Positions 11,663 through 22,904 of a stretch of DNA of 64,000 nucleotides are shown here, piece after piece. Location of the stretch: NCBI RefSeq assembly GCF_021869535.1, contig NW_026262582.1, positions 53,568,001-53,632,000 of the forward strand, written 5' to 3'. The notes beneath the pieces are model-generated. The model was not told the origin of the DNA, made no database searches, and worked only from the letters and a program-made list of their open reading frames with translations. Within the stretch, counting starts at the first letter, position 1; the number at the start of each line of letters is the position of its first letter. This DNA comes from Mytilus californianus (lineage: Eukaryota). Both the position numbers and the translations under genes were made by a program.

Positions 11663-11919
11663 CTGAAAAACAAAAAATATATATCAAAGAACAAGTAAGA
11701 AATGACAACAAGATAGTTATCTCCCTTGATCATATAAATAAAATGTATTTTACTATTCTAAAACTATACTGAATATCAGTTGTATGAAGAAAGTTTTTCT
11801 TATAGCTGAAAGTTGTTTTACAATGTTTTGAAACAAATTTAAAATGTATTCAGAAAATAGTAAAAGGAATATATCAATTTTTTTTTATAAAATCTTCCTT
11901 TGCGGTCTTTGGAACTTAC

Positions 11920-12243
11920 ACATGCTGTCATAGTCAACATCAGGTACTTGTTCTCTTGTCATGATAACATCTGATTCAGGTCCTGGCTCACTGATTCCAA
12001 TCGTGTTCTCAGCTAAAACACGGAACTTGTATTCTTTAAACTCCTCCAGACAATCAACAGCAGAGAAAGGTGTTTTAGATGTAGCTGCACGTCTCCATGC
12101 TCCAGTTTGTACATCACATTTCTCAACAATGTAACCAGTGATTGGTGCACCACCATTATCTTCTGGTTCCTGCCAGGTCATCTTGATAGCAAATTTGTTG
12201 ATACCAGTAATGACTGGTTTCCCTTCTGGTGGTCCAGGACGTT
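11920..12243 (-). CDS. Exon: pre-kinase Fn3 plus start of the N-terminal linker (DYD motif)
   Basis: 324 nt; ERPGPPEGKP...REQVPDVDYDSM. Confidence 0.9.
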
Positions 12244-12435
12244 CTGTTAATAAGTAAAGCATTATAAATCAATAAAACTTGCAATCTTTAAATTTTGTTC
12301 TATTATCAAACCATTTTACAGATCTAAAAATGACAGTTTCAAAATGTAAAAAGTTGACATTTTTAAGTTTAAAATTAAAGTTTTAATGACTTATAAAATA
12401 TAATATGTATATCTTATTAGTTTTTAAAAACTTAC

Positions 12436-12726
12436 CAATGACCTTGATCGGTATATTAAGAGAGTCACTTCCAAGTTTGTTTTCAACACTGATTTTGTAG
12501 GTTCCACTATCCGGTCTTTCTGAATCATTAATTGTCAGAGTAGAGTGTTTAGGTGTCACTTTAATGTCAACACGACGTTTACGTTCAATAACTTCTCCTT
12601 CCACAGACCATGTAACGTTTGGCTCTGGTTTGCCACGATACTGAATTCTGACCTGGATTGTGTCCCCTTTACAGATGTACAGTCCGTCAAGGTATCTAGG
12701 TGGTACTTCAACAATCTTGGGATGTA
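12436..12726 (-). CDS. Exon: pre-kinase Ig
   Basis: 291 nt; HPKIVEVPPRYLDGL...GKPEPNVTW...DSGTYKISVEN. Confidence 0.9.
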
Positions 12727-12937
12727 CTAAAAACAAAGATATCTTTTTCTAAGTATGAAATTCCTCTTTATTAATCGTGACATTGATTGAAGAAGAGGTT
12801 GAAAGCATTAAAATTTTTTAAGAAATATATATAAAAGTAAATTCTGAGTAAAAAATTCTATACCCTTTAACTAAAATTTAAACATTGCACATAATTTTCT
12901 CTTTGGAATCAGTAAAACAAATTGGTAATATATGTAC

Positions 12938-13110
12938 CTAGAACTTCCATCCTGGCCTTGGTTGTGGCTGATCCCATGCGGTTCTTTGCCACACATTCAA
13001 TGGTAGAATCGCCACCTTCCTCAACATCTTTGATGATAAGTGTGTGGACACCATTCTCACTCTTGATGAGGTAATGTCTACCAGTAAATACCTCTCTGTA
13101 ATTCCTGTAC
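12938..13110 (-). CDS. Exon: pre-kinase Ig, C-terminal half
   Basis: 173 nt, phase 2-1; YRNYREVFTGRHYLIKSENGVHTLIIKDV...ECVAKNRMG. Confidence 0.88.
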
Positions 13111-13490
13111 CTATTTTTAATTAGATAAAAAAGTATATTTCAATAAAAGGAGTCTATGTTCTCAAGATCATTCAGTCAGCAGACCAACAACATAAATTCA
13201 ACAAAAATATGTATATAGATGATTCTTTTTATCAGTGGTAAATACCTAAAAAAAAAACTGTTCAATGACAGACTGTTCTTACAGTGATCAAATTCAAATT
13301 ATCATTTTATCATATACAGCACAGTATTCAAACATCTGTTTATCTTTTCAGATAATTAAATCTAGGAAATTATACCAAAAAAATTTGTTCAAGTAATGAT
13401 TATTCTAATTACTCTGGAATAAGCAAAATCTAAGTTTAACTTGTGTCATCAGGCAAGCATTTTATGAGAGGTAATTTTGAATGTACTAAC

Positions 13491-13602
13491 CAGGAAACAT
13501 TAGGCATAGGTAGACCAGTGACTTCACAGGTAAATTTGGCCTCTTTTCCATCTACTGCTGACAGGTCTTCAATCTTCTTGGAGAATTGAGGAGCTTCCAT
13601 CA
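13491..13602 (-). CDS. Exon: pre-kinase Ig, N-terminal half
   Basis: 112 nt, phase 1-2; MEAPQFSKKIEDLSAVDGKEAKFTCEVTGLPMPNVSW. Confidence 0.88.
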
Positions 13603-14574
13603 CTAAAATTGTAAATGTTAAAACATTATAACACTTAATTCCTGTTCAGTTTGGTAGTAAAATGAACTATAGGGTTCTACAGTCCACACATTCATTTTAC
13701 AGAAATCAGAGACATATAATACAAGAGATTCGCAACTCTAGTAGAGTCTATATAACAGCCAATGAAATGACGTGGCCATCCGGAAAGCCGATTATTCCGA
13801 TGGATTTATGGGTAAAAACTCGCTATTGTTGTGAAAAAGTTTCTACGCCTCGCGATTTTTCTAATGGATAATGCCGATACCTTTCACAGCTAAAGCATGC
13901 AAGTATATTTAAAAGTTACAAAAAACTAATTCTAATAATTTGTTATTGATAAAATGTGTTCTAATGATGAGATTAATCAAATACAAACAAAATTAAAACT
14001 CGGCACATTTTACTTCACCTCCTATTGCCGTAGAAACCATTTGATCTCCCAATTTTTTTCTTAAAACTTGGAAATATGCTAATAAATATATAATTTTATG
14101 GGGCAGTTCAGTTCAGTTCAGTTATATAATATTCCCAAATGTTGTTTCGTGAAAATAAGACTATTTTCGTAAAATTTGATCCAATAGTGTTTTTTTTTCA
14201 AAATTATCAACAAATGTGGCCATTTTTTCTTATTGATACCCGAAGCCAGCTGTGCTGGTACTATCATTTTATCTCGTAAAACTAGGAAATGTGCGAATAA
14301 ATATTCAATTGTATGGGACTATATTACTCTCAGATGTTATGTCGTGAAAATAAGACCAGTTTCGTAATAAAATGCTCCGCAGGGCGCAGCTTGATACGAC
14401 CGCAGAGGTCGAACCCTGAACAGTTGGGGGAAGTATGGACACAACATTCAAGCTTGATACAGCTTTGGATTTGGATTGTGATTAAATATTTGACACAGCA
14501 TAGGTTTCTAACACAGATTGAATGTGGTCTAAGAACTTAAAAATTTTAAATTGGACATTCACCTATTATGGTCC

Positions 14575-15555
14575 AATATCCAAAATCTAAATACATGGTT
14601 AGATTCAGCATATCAAAGAACCCCAAGAATTCAATTTTTGATGAAATCAAACAAAGTTTAATTTTGGACCCTTTTGACCTCAATGTGGACAAAGTTGATA
14701 ACGGGGCCCAAAAATCAAAAATCTAAATACATGGTTAGATTCAGCATAACAAAGAACCCCATATATTCAATTTTTGTTGAAATCAAACAAAGTTTAATTT
14801 TGGACCCCGATTTGGACCAACTTGAAAACTGGGCCCATAATCAAAAATCTTAATACATGTTTAGATTCAGCATATTAAAGAACCCTAAGAATTCAATTTT
14901 TGTTAAAATCAAACTAAGTTTAATTTTGGACCCTTTGGACCTTAATGTAGACCAATTTGAAAACGGAACCAAAAATTAAGAATCTAAATACACGGTTAGA
15001 TTCGGCATATCAAAGAACCCCAATAATTCAATTTTTGATGAAATCAAACAAAGTTTAATTTTGGACCCTTTTGACCTCAATGTGGACAAAGTTGATAACG
15101 GGGCCCAAAAATCAAAAATCTAAATACATGGTTAGATTCAGCATATCAAAGAACCCCATATATTCAATTTTTGTTGAAATCAAACAAAGTTTTATTTTGG
15201 ACCCCGATTTGGACCAACTTGAAAACTGGGCCCATAATCAAAAATCTAAATACATGTTTAGATTCAGCATATCAAAGAACCCTAAGAATTCAATTTTTGT
15301 TAAAATCAAACTAAGTTTAATTTTGGACCCTTTGGACCTTAATGTAGACCAATTTGAAAACGGAACCAAAATTTAAGAATCTAAATACACAGTTAGATTC
15401 GGCATATCAAAGAACCCCAATAATTCAATTTTTGATGAAATCAAACAAAGTTTAATTTTGGACCCTTTGGACCTCAATGTGGACCAATTTAAAAACGGGG
15501 CCCAAAATCCAAAAACTAAATACACGGTTAGATTCAGCATATTAAAGAACCCCAT
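14575..15555. repeat. Tandem array: 8 monomers of 126-136 bp in a 397-bp trimeric higher-order repeat
   Basis: TTAGATTC anchors at 14599, 14735, 14861, 14996, 15132, 15258, 15393, 15528. Confidence 0.9.
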
Positions 15556-15644
15556 GAAATCAAGAATAAAACCCCATTGAAATTGGTCAAGAAATAAGCA
15601 ATTTATAGGAAGTATCTTCTTTTGCACAATCCTGTGCTATTAAA

Positions 15645-15843
15645 TATTTCTTGCTATTGTGCAATACTGTACAATTGACAATTTCTTGCTATTGCGCAAT
15701 ATTGTGCTATTGGATATTTCTTGCTATTGCGCAATACTGTGCAATTGAAGATTTCTTGCTATTGCGCAATACTGTGCAATTGAAGATTTCTTGCTATTGT
15801 GCAATACTGTGCAATTGAAAATTTCTTGCTATTGCACAATACT
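15645..15843. repeat. 35-bp minisatellite x6
   Basis: ATTTCTTGCTATTGCGCAATACTGTGCAATTGAAG; TTTC anchors every 35 bp from 15647 to 15822. Confidence 0.92.
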
Positions 15844-16014
15844 TTTTATATAATAATTTACACATCCTGTTTGGTGTGTATCTCCTACCATATCATTATT
15901 ATTTGATTTTAAATATAAATCAGAAATAACCAACTTAAAATGGAAAATTTTAAAAGAAACAAAAAAGGAAAAAAAGAAAAAAAGGGAAAAAAAATAAATC
16001 CCCCCCCAAAATTT

Positions 16015-16600
16015 TTTGAACCCCCATTATGATTCATCACCCCCAAACTCAATCCCAGCCTTCCCTTTGTGGTATGGTACCTTGCAGTACAATTTCAGAG
16101 AGATCCATACACTTGAACACAAGTTATTGTCTGGAAACTAAAAAAAAATGTGTTTTTTGGCCCCTTTTTGGCCCCAAATTCCTAAACGTTTAGGGCAATT
16201 ACCCCCAAACTCAAACCCAGCTTTCCCTTTGTGATATGGAACCTTGTAGTACAATTTCAGAAAGATCCATACACTTACACACAAGTTATTGTCATGAAAC
16301 TAGAAAAATGCTTGTTTTTTGCCCCTTTTTTGGCCCCTAATTCCTAAAATTTGGAGGCAATTACCCCCAAAATCAATCCCAGCATTCCTTTAGTGATATG
16401 GAACCTTGTGGTACAATGTCAGAGAGATCCATACACTAACACACAAGTTATGTCTGGAAGTTACAAAAATGCTTATTTTTGGCCCCTTTTTGGCCCCTAA
16501 TTCCTTTACTGTTATTACCATAACCCCCAAAATCAATCCCAACCTTCCTTTTGTGGTATTGAACCTTGTGGTAAAACTTCATAAAGATCCATTCACTTAA
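16015..16600. repeat. ~161-bp tandem array x~3.5
   Basis: CCCCCAAA anchors at 16040, 16202, 16364, 16524. Confidence 0.88.
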
Positions 16601-16869
16601 ACTAAAGTTAGAGTGAGAAAACCAATGTGTCTTCGGACGACGACGACGACGACGACGCCAACGTCATACCAATATACGACCACAAAAATTTTTTTGCGGT
16701 CGTATAAAAATTGATCCAACAGTTATTTCTAAAAATATCAACAAAGGTGACTATTATTTTGTTATTTATACACAAAGCCTGCTATGCTAATTTTATCAAT
16801 CTGTATCGTCAAAACTAGAAATTTACAAATAAATATGTCATATGGGGATATATATTACTCCCAATTATT

Positions 16870-16901
<32 letters not shown>

Positions 16902-17667
16902 TATTAAACTGGCTAAATATTGAAACTGTTCATGGACAAATTTCCTTAAATCAGTTCTTCATTTTTGTGCACTATGAAATTTATAGCCTGCATTTTGTTA
17001 GGCAATTTATTCATTTTTCATTCTGTTTATGGCAAAGTTGTTTATTTTCTGCTATTCTGAAGTCATTGTTTTTTTCTTCTTTTTAGGGTGCCAAAGATGA
17101 ACGAATGCAGTAAATTTACAAAAGGAGTAAAATTTTCCTAGTAAAGGAAACCTTCTGCTGGTCGTAATTTTATGAATGAGCTTCGTGCATCTGTTGTCGT
17201 TTCAGACTACGCTTCTCATTCAAAACATGAACCTAATTCATTTTTAAATTAAAATCGTATTGAGGACATTTCAATGGTGACTGCAAAAGATATATATATA
17301 TATATATTTGATAATAAAAGATTTTATTTACACCAAGGATTTGTATATGTATACATATAAACAATCTAACTTTTAAACTGCCATCTCTTTACCCCAGAAT
17401 AAAAAAGACAAAAACCACTACAAATGATTGTCTCGTGGAATTAAGGTTATAAAATACTTTTTAAATAGTGTCTTCCATGTTTCTTTGATGTATGACCTCG
17501 ACTCCCACTTCAATATTGTGGTTTTTTTTATAGATTTTTTGTTGCTTCAAGGACACACATATCCATCTATGTATGCAGTATTGTCAATTGTTTTTGTTGG
17601 TGGGTCTCTCGCTTATGTCTTCGTCACTTTCACTATCAACAAAGAGTTCGTTATCAGTTTATTCAAC

Positions 17668-17716
17668 CAGAGACATATATACACATATGTGTATATATGT
17701 CGTATATATGTCTCTG
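17668..17716. mobile_element. Minimal P-type remnant or excision footprint
   Basis: 15-bp inverted ends CAGAGACATATATAC / GTATATATGTCTCTG, 19-bp fold-back filler, 7-bp TSD ATTCAAC. Confidence 0.75.
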
Positions 17717-18987
17717 ATTCAACTAGGAATATATCTAACTCGTTACTATTCAGTGTCATCCTACGAAATAAAATCGGAATTTTCCATATTGCGTGCACAT
17801 GAATGAAGCTTTATTCAAATGAGAAATTAATTGTAATTTTCTTAAATATTATTTCTCAATGCACACTTCGAAAATGAAGAAACCATAAATTTACCGACAA
17901 TCATTTAAAAAACAACTCAATGCAAGCCTATGATGAAACTGTCAAACAACACTTAGAAATCAAACATTTACCGACAATCCTACAGAACAACTCAATGCAA
18001 GCCCAATTAATGATAAATATAAAAATAAATAAAATTTTAATAATTTATAAATATCAAGAATAAAAAACAAAGCCTATCATGATTAACAATTAATTAACAA
18101 ATAAATTAAGTTTTTTTTCACATTAATTAATCTTACATTTTGTGAATTGTATTTTTGGAAAGAGAGTTGACACCTGTGGTGTAACAACTTCATGTTTACA
18201 AGATGTCAATTAAAACTCATTTTTTGTAACATGTTCGTGATTTACCTGGTCATCGAATAATTCAAACCTAATATACATGTCACACTGTGAAATTATGTCT
18301 CCGAGAAAGGTGTATATTCAATAGAAACCCATTATGAAACTATCAAACAAAATTAACTCTGATACAATTTATCAAGTGTTAATTATTCAATATAATTTTT
18401 TTTTAATACAATATCAAATTATGTCTCTTTTTCAATAATACAAATCTAAAATCAAAATTCCATTAAGATAAATAATTATATATGAACTCAAATTATTTAA
18501 CTAATTATGATAAATTTAACACTGAAACAGTTTATGTTATGCTTAAACATTGGTCCTTACTTCGAGTACTTTTAATACTTTTATTAATGACTTTATTACC
18601 TAAGGAGATCTCGCGAGGTTTAACTAGTGGCCGCGTGTTTTTACGGGATTTCGCCGAGTTGCGAATCTCTTGTATTATATGTCTCTGCAGAAATGTTATC
18701 AAGATGCAACATTTGATTTAACTATTTCAGCCAATCCTCTACTCATGCTCAACACATAAGAATATGAAATTTCAATATAAAACTAAAAATCTTTTCCAAA
18801 CCAAATTTAGACTTTCAAAGGTAATTAAACCTGAAACGCAAAATTGATTTTTTTATTTTGGTTATAACTTTTGACTAAAAAAGACCTGCTAAGAAATAAT
18901 ACCACATAAAATGAGAGAAGAGAAAGTTGATTCAAGCATCACATATTAGGAGTTTTGGTAATATAACATGACACCTGTAAACAGTAC

Positions 18988-19293
18988 CTTTCTGTTCCCG
19001 GCAGTAAAACTGTTCCGTCTCAGGAGATGGTTCGCTGGCTCCTTCGTCATTGACAGCTCTCACTCTGATACGATATGGAATATCTTCAAACAAGTTATTA
19101 ATTCTGTACTTTGTGTCTGCTATTGGTACTTTGTTAATTGGCATCCATGTTCTACCGGCAACATCTTGACGTTCTAACATGTAACCAATGATTGGTGAAC
19201 CTCCATCATGTTCTGGTGGTTGCCATGACAACTCAACAAATTTGGGTCCAAGTGCTGTGATTTCTGGTGCACTAGGTGGTGCTCCTGGACAAT
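18988..19293 (-). CDS. Exon: Fn3-array domain 46
   Basis: 306 nt; CPGAPPSAPEIT...CREQK. Confidence 0.9.
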
Positions 19294-19595
19294 CTAAGAA
19301 GACAAACAAATTGTATCACAAAAACTTTTAAAACATTTCATAAACATATTTTAATTCCCAGTAAATTCTACATTATTCTTTTTTTCCTACATGTATACAA
19401 ACTTTTAAACAGATTTCATAACTTCACACATTATTAATCTACAGTTCATTTCAATATTACCAAGGTTCTGTTTTAGTCAGAATCTTCATTTAAATACTTA
19501 TGTGAGAGGGGGGATTAACTTGGGATTCACTTGGAGAATTACAATGCTACTGTCTCACTCAAAATTGTGAATGTAATAGTTTATTTTAACATTAC

Positions 19596-19895
19596 CTTTT
19601 CTTCCTTTGAGTTCTACTGGTTTCTTTAATTCAGCTGGACTACTGACACCAGTTGAATTTTCTGCAAACACACGGAAAAAGAATGTGCCTCCTTCTGGTA
19701 AATCACTAATATGATGGCTCTTGATAAGAGGAGGTACGCGAGTAACACGTTCCCAGTGTTCACTGTCAGGTGTACGTTTCTCTATCGTGTAACCAGTAAG
19801 TCCTTTCTTTCCAGAATCTGGGGCTTCCCAGGTTAAAGTCAAAGAGTCCTTAGTTACATCTTTCACTCTTAATGATGTTGGAGGTGATGGTAGCT
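19596..19895 (-). CDS. Exon: Fn3-array domain 45
   Basis: 300 nt; LPSPPTSLRV...LKGRK. Confidence 0.9.
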
Positions 19896-20180
19896 CTATA
19901 AAATAAAATTTTCAGTCAATTTATTGAGTAATAAAATTAGTCACAATAATTAAAATCAAATATTGGTTTTACAACTAACAATCTTAATTAAGAAATTCAT
20001 GAGTTTAATGAAAATGTATTTACTTGAAAATATTTCTAGTAATTAACCTACCATCAATAGAAAAAGATTCTAAAATTTAACATCTTAAATCAGAAAATAT
20101 GAATCCAGCTGTTTACACCATTTAGTTGATAGAAACCAAAGAGTCGACGTTAGGGTTAAATCAATTGTTTGAATACATAC

Positions 20181-20486
20181 CCATAACTTTCTTGGGAGCA
20201 ACCATTAGGTCCGACTCTAATGGTTGACTTCTTCCATAACGGTTTTCAGCATACACTCTGAAAGCATAGTCTTTATTCTCTGTTAAACCAGTCACTGTGT
20301 AGTCTGTAGCAGTTCCTCTGGTGTTTGCAACATGGAACCAGGTGTGTCTGGTACCTTCACGTTTCTCTATAGAATATGATGTGACAGGTGATCCACCATC
20401 AGTTGTAGGAGGCTTCCAGTCCAAGGTCACACTGTCCTTGGTAAGGGGTTTAACCTTCAATGGACCTTTGGGTTGACCTGGTGGTC
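20181..20486 (-). CDS. Exon: Fn3-array domain 44
   Basis: 306 nt; GPPGQPKGP...PKKVM. Confidence 0.9.
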
Positions 20487-20641
20487 CTGAAAATCAAAAG
20501 TAAATGTAAAGCATCAAGGTGGTGAAGTCTTGGACATTATTTCTGATCTCCATATTTTGTTTTTGTAATAAATAACATTACTGATACTCAAAATTTAAAT
20601 GCAAAAAGTAAAATGAAAACAATTGAAATGTGATAACATAC

Positions 20642-20947
20642 CATATTTACTCTTTGGAGCAATTGCTTGGTCATTTTCCAAAGCAGGTCCAATTCCAGCC
20701 TCATTTTCAGCCATGACACGGAAATAGTAATCTTTCTTTTCTATCAGGTTGTCAACATCTGCAGACAGTGTATCTGGTGGAAGTCTGGCAACTCTAAGCC
20801 ATCTTGGAAGTTGAGCTTCACTTTTTTCAACAATGTAAGCTGTTAAATTTGATCCACCATCTTTTTCTGGTGGTTGCCATGATAACTTAACATGATCTTC
20901 TGTTATATCTGATACTCCAAGTGGTCCTTTTGGTTTAGATGGTTTTG
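20642..20947 (-). CDS. Exon: Fn3-array domain 43 (A); absent from the ORF track
   Basis: 306 nt; KPSKPKGPLGVSDITEDHVKLSWQPPEKDGGSNLTAY...PKSKY. Confidence 0.88.
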
Positions 20948-21379
20948 CTACAAAAGATGAAAATGGAAATGTGTTTTCATAAAGACTTCAGTAAAACAAT
21001 TTGCTTTTTGGAAAAAAGGTGTTTCTCTTTATGTTCAATTTTTTCATTGATTTTTTTAATACTAGATTAATTGTAAATAGCATAATTTTTTTAGCATCTT
21101 TAACTGAAATACTTTACCCTTAAACATGGTACTTGTATGATAGAGGAACGTGGAGGCTTCTATAGCTCATAATTTAAGATACTCCAGCAAGCATCTAGAT
21201 GTAGAACAACAATAAAAGCAAAGATCCTTTAATAATTGGTTAGTTCAAAGTATTGAATTATTGGATAACATGATTATTTCATGCACAGAAAACCCTGTAT
21301 ACTTTTTCTATAATTTTGTTACATTTCAACCTTGATTATTTTTTTATTACAGTTTTAAGCATATACTAATAATACTGAC

Positions 21380-21682
21380 CAATGACTTTCTTTGGTTGTA
21401 TAATAGCCTTTATTTCAGCAGGTTCTCCTACACCCACTGAGTTCTTTGCCTTGACTCTGAACATGTATTCATTATCTGTTAACAGATGTTTGGCTTTGTA
21501 TATATGTACTGTACTTCCAACATCCTTGACCTTAGTAAAGTCGCCAAATTTGTCATCTTTCTGTTCAATGATGTAACCATTGACCATAGCACCACCGTCA
21601 GATTTTGGTTTCTTCCAGCGGATTGTGATGGAGTCTTTTTCAATAGCCATGGTTTCTAATTTCTCAGGTGGTGATGGACGTT
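21380..21682 (-). CDS. Exon: Fn3-array domain 42 (D-like)
   Basis: 303 nt; ERPSPPEKL...PKKVI. Confidence 0.9.
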
Positions 21683-21888
21683 CTATAAAATATGAAATAG
21701 GGTCATATTATTTATAACTGAGAGCAAAGTATGGATATTTAATACCATCTCATTCAACCTGTGTCATTTACAAAAGTTCTGACCATGGTAAAAAATATTA
21801 TAAGTAATATGTTACTATGAGTCATATCATTCCTTTATTTTATCTGCTAAATTAAAAACGAAATTATTTTGAAAAAAAGACTACATAC

Positions 21889-22191
21889 CCAGTGGTCTTT
21901 CTGGAACAGCTGGTTTGTCAATGACAGCAGGTTCACTCAATCCTTCAGCATTTTCTGCATAAACACGGAAGATATATCCTCGTCCCTCCAGTAGATTTTT
22001 GATAGTATGCCATGTGACATCAGGTTCTACCCTGGTTACTCTGATCCACTGAGATCTGCCTGGTTCCTTCCTTTCTATTGGATAACCAATGATTGGAGCG
22101 CCACCATTAGATTCAGGTGGAGACCATTCTAAGGTCACACTGTCTTCAGTGACCTCTGTTACCTCAAGGTCTTTTGGTACTGATGGTACAT
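21889..22191 (-). CDS. Exon: Fn3-array domain 41 (B)
   Basis: 303 nt; DVPSVPKDL...AENAEG...PERPL. Confidence 0.9.
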
Positions 22192-22598
22192 CTTAAAAGT
22201 GAAAACATAAGTAGTTACTACTTAAAACAAATTTATAGACTGAATGTGTATATGTATAATTTTAAATTTAACAACATAATTCATATATTGCATTTCTACC
22301 TAATATGAAGAAGAATTCAGACCTAAATTTATTTTGGATTTTTTTTTCATTTGTTTGGATCAAGTGTCAGTTTTCACTTTTTATATCAATCATATTGTAG
22401 TCAGTCTTATTGCTCAGGAAAACCAAAGTATGTGGGGAAAATCTCAGCACACTCACACTACTACACAAGTGGGTGATCTAGTTCACCTTACCATAATTAC
22501 AAATGGCTAGAACTTACTCAGCTTGGGTTACTATGTTGCTTAATTGTACAAATAACTAGTAAAATCTGAATTAAAAGTTATCTAGCATTCTCCCTTAC

Positions 22599-22904
22599 CT
22601 ATATCACTCTTAGCAATTACTGGTTCTGGTAGTTCTATTGGTTCACTAGCTCCAAGTTTGTTTTCAGCGTAAACTCTAAAGTTATATTCCCGTCCTCGGG
22701 TGAGTCCAGTCACTGTGTAATCAGTGACATCTGGTGTCAGTCGTGTAGCTCTCGTCCAACCTCCTACTTTGTTGTCAAACTTTTCTATGATGTATCCTGT
22801 TAATGGACTACCACCATCATATTCAGGTGGTTGCCATGACAATGAAATTGAATCTTTCTTGATATCATAGGCTTTAAGAGGTCCTTTGGGAGCATCTGGT
22901 GTTT
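22599..22904 (-). CDS. Exon: Fn3-array domain 40 (A)
   Basis: 306 nt; ETPDAPKGP...AKSDI. Confidence 0.9.

Larger units (their letters stand above)
14368..16710. mobile_element. Helentron-associated (HINE/pearl-like) non-autonomous element nested in the P-like element
   Basis: Subterminal inverted repeat ATACGACCGCA (14394) / TGCGGTCGTAT (16695); terminal hairpin 16673-16706; (GAC)7 at ~16636; internal tandem arrays; inserted at an A/T run. Confidence 0.75.
13707..18687. mobile_element. P-element-like DNA transposon (non-autonomous or decayed) with nested insertions
   Basis: Perfect 32-bp TIRs CAGAGACATATAATACAAGAGATTCGCAACTC (13707-13738 and 18656-18687); 7-bp TSD CAGAAAT on both sides; CANRG-type termini. 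Confidence 0.8.

Noticed and set aside
14103-14122. Short microsatellites: (CAGTT)n here, (TA)n near 17290 and 57005, (CAAT)n near 53010
   Set aside because: Ordinary simple repeats.
14575-15555. Identity with the ~170-bp ApaI satellite of Mytilus (GGGCCC sites are present)
   Set aside because: The measured monomers are 126-136 bp, not ~170 bp.
14575-15843. CRISPR-like or repeat-spacer reading of the regular arrays
   Set aside because: The units are contiguous tandem copies with no unique spacers, in a eukaryotic intron with no cas genes.
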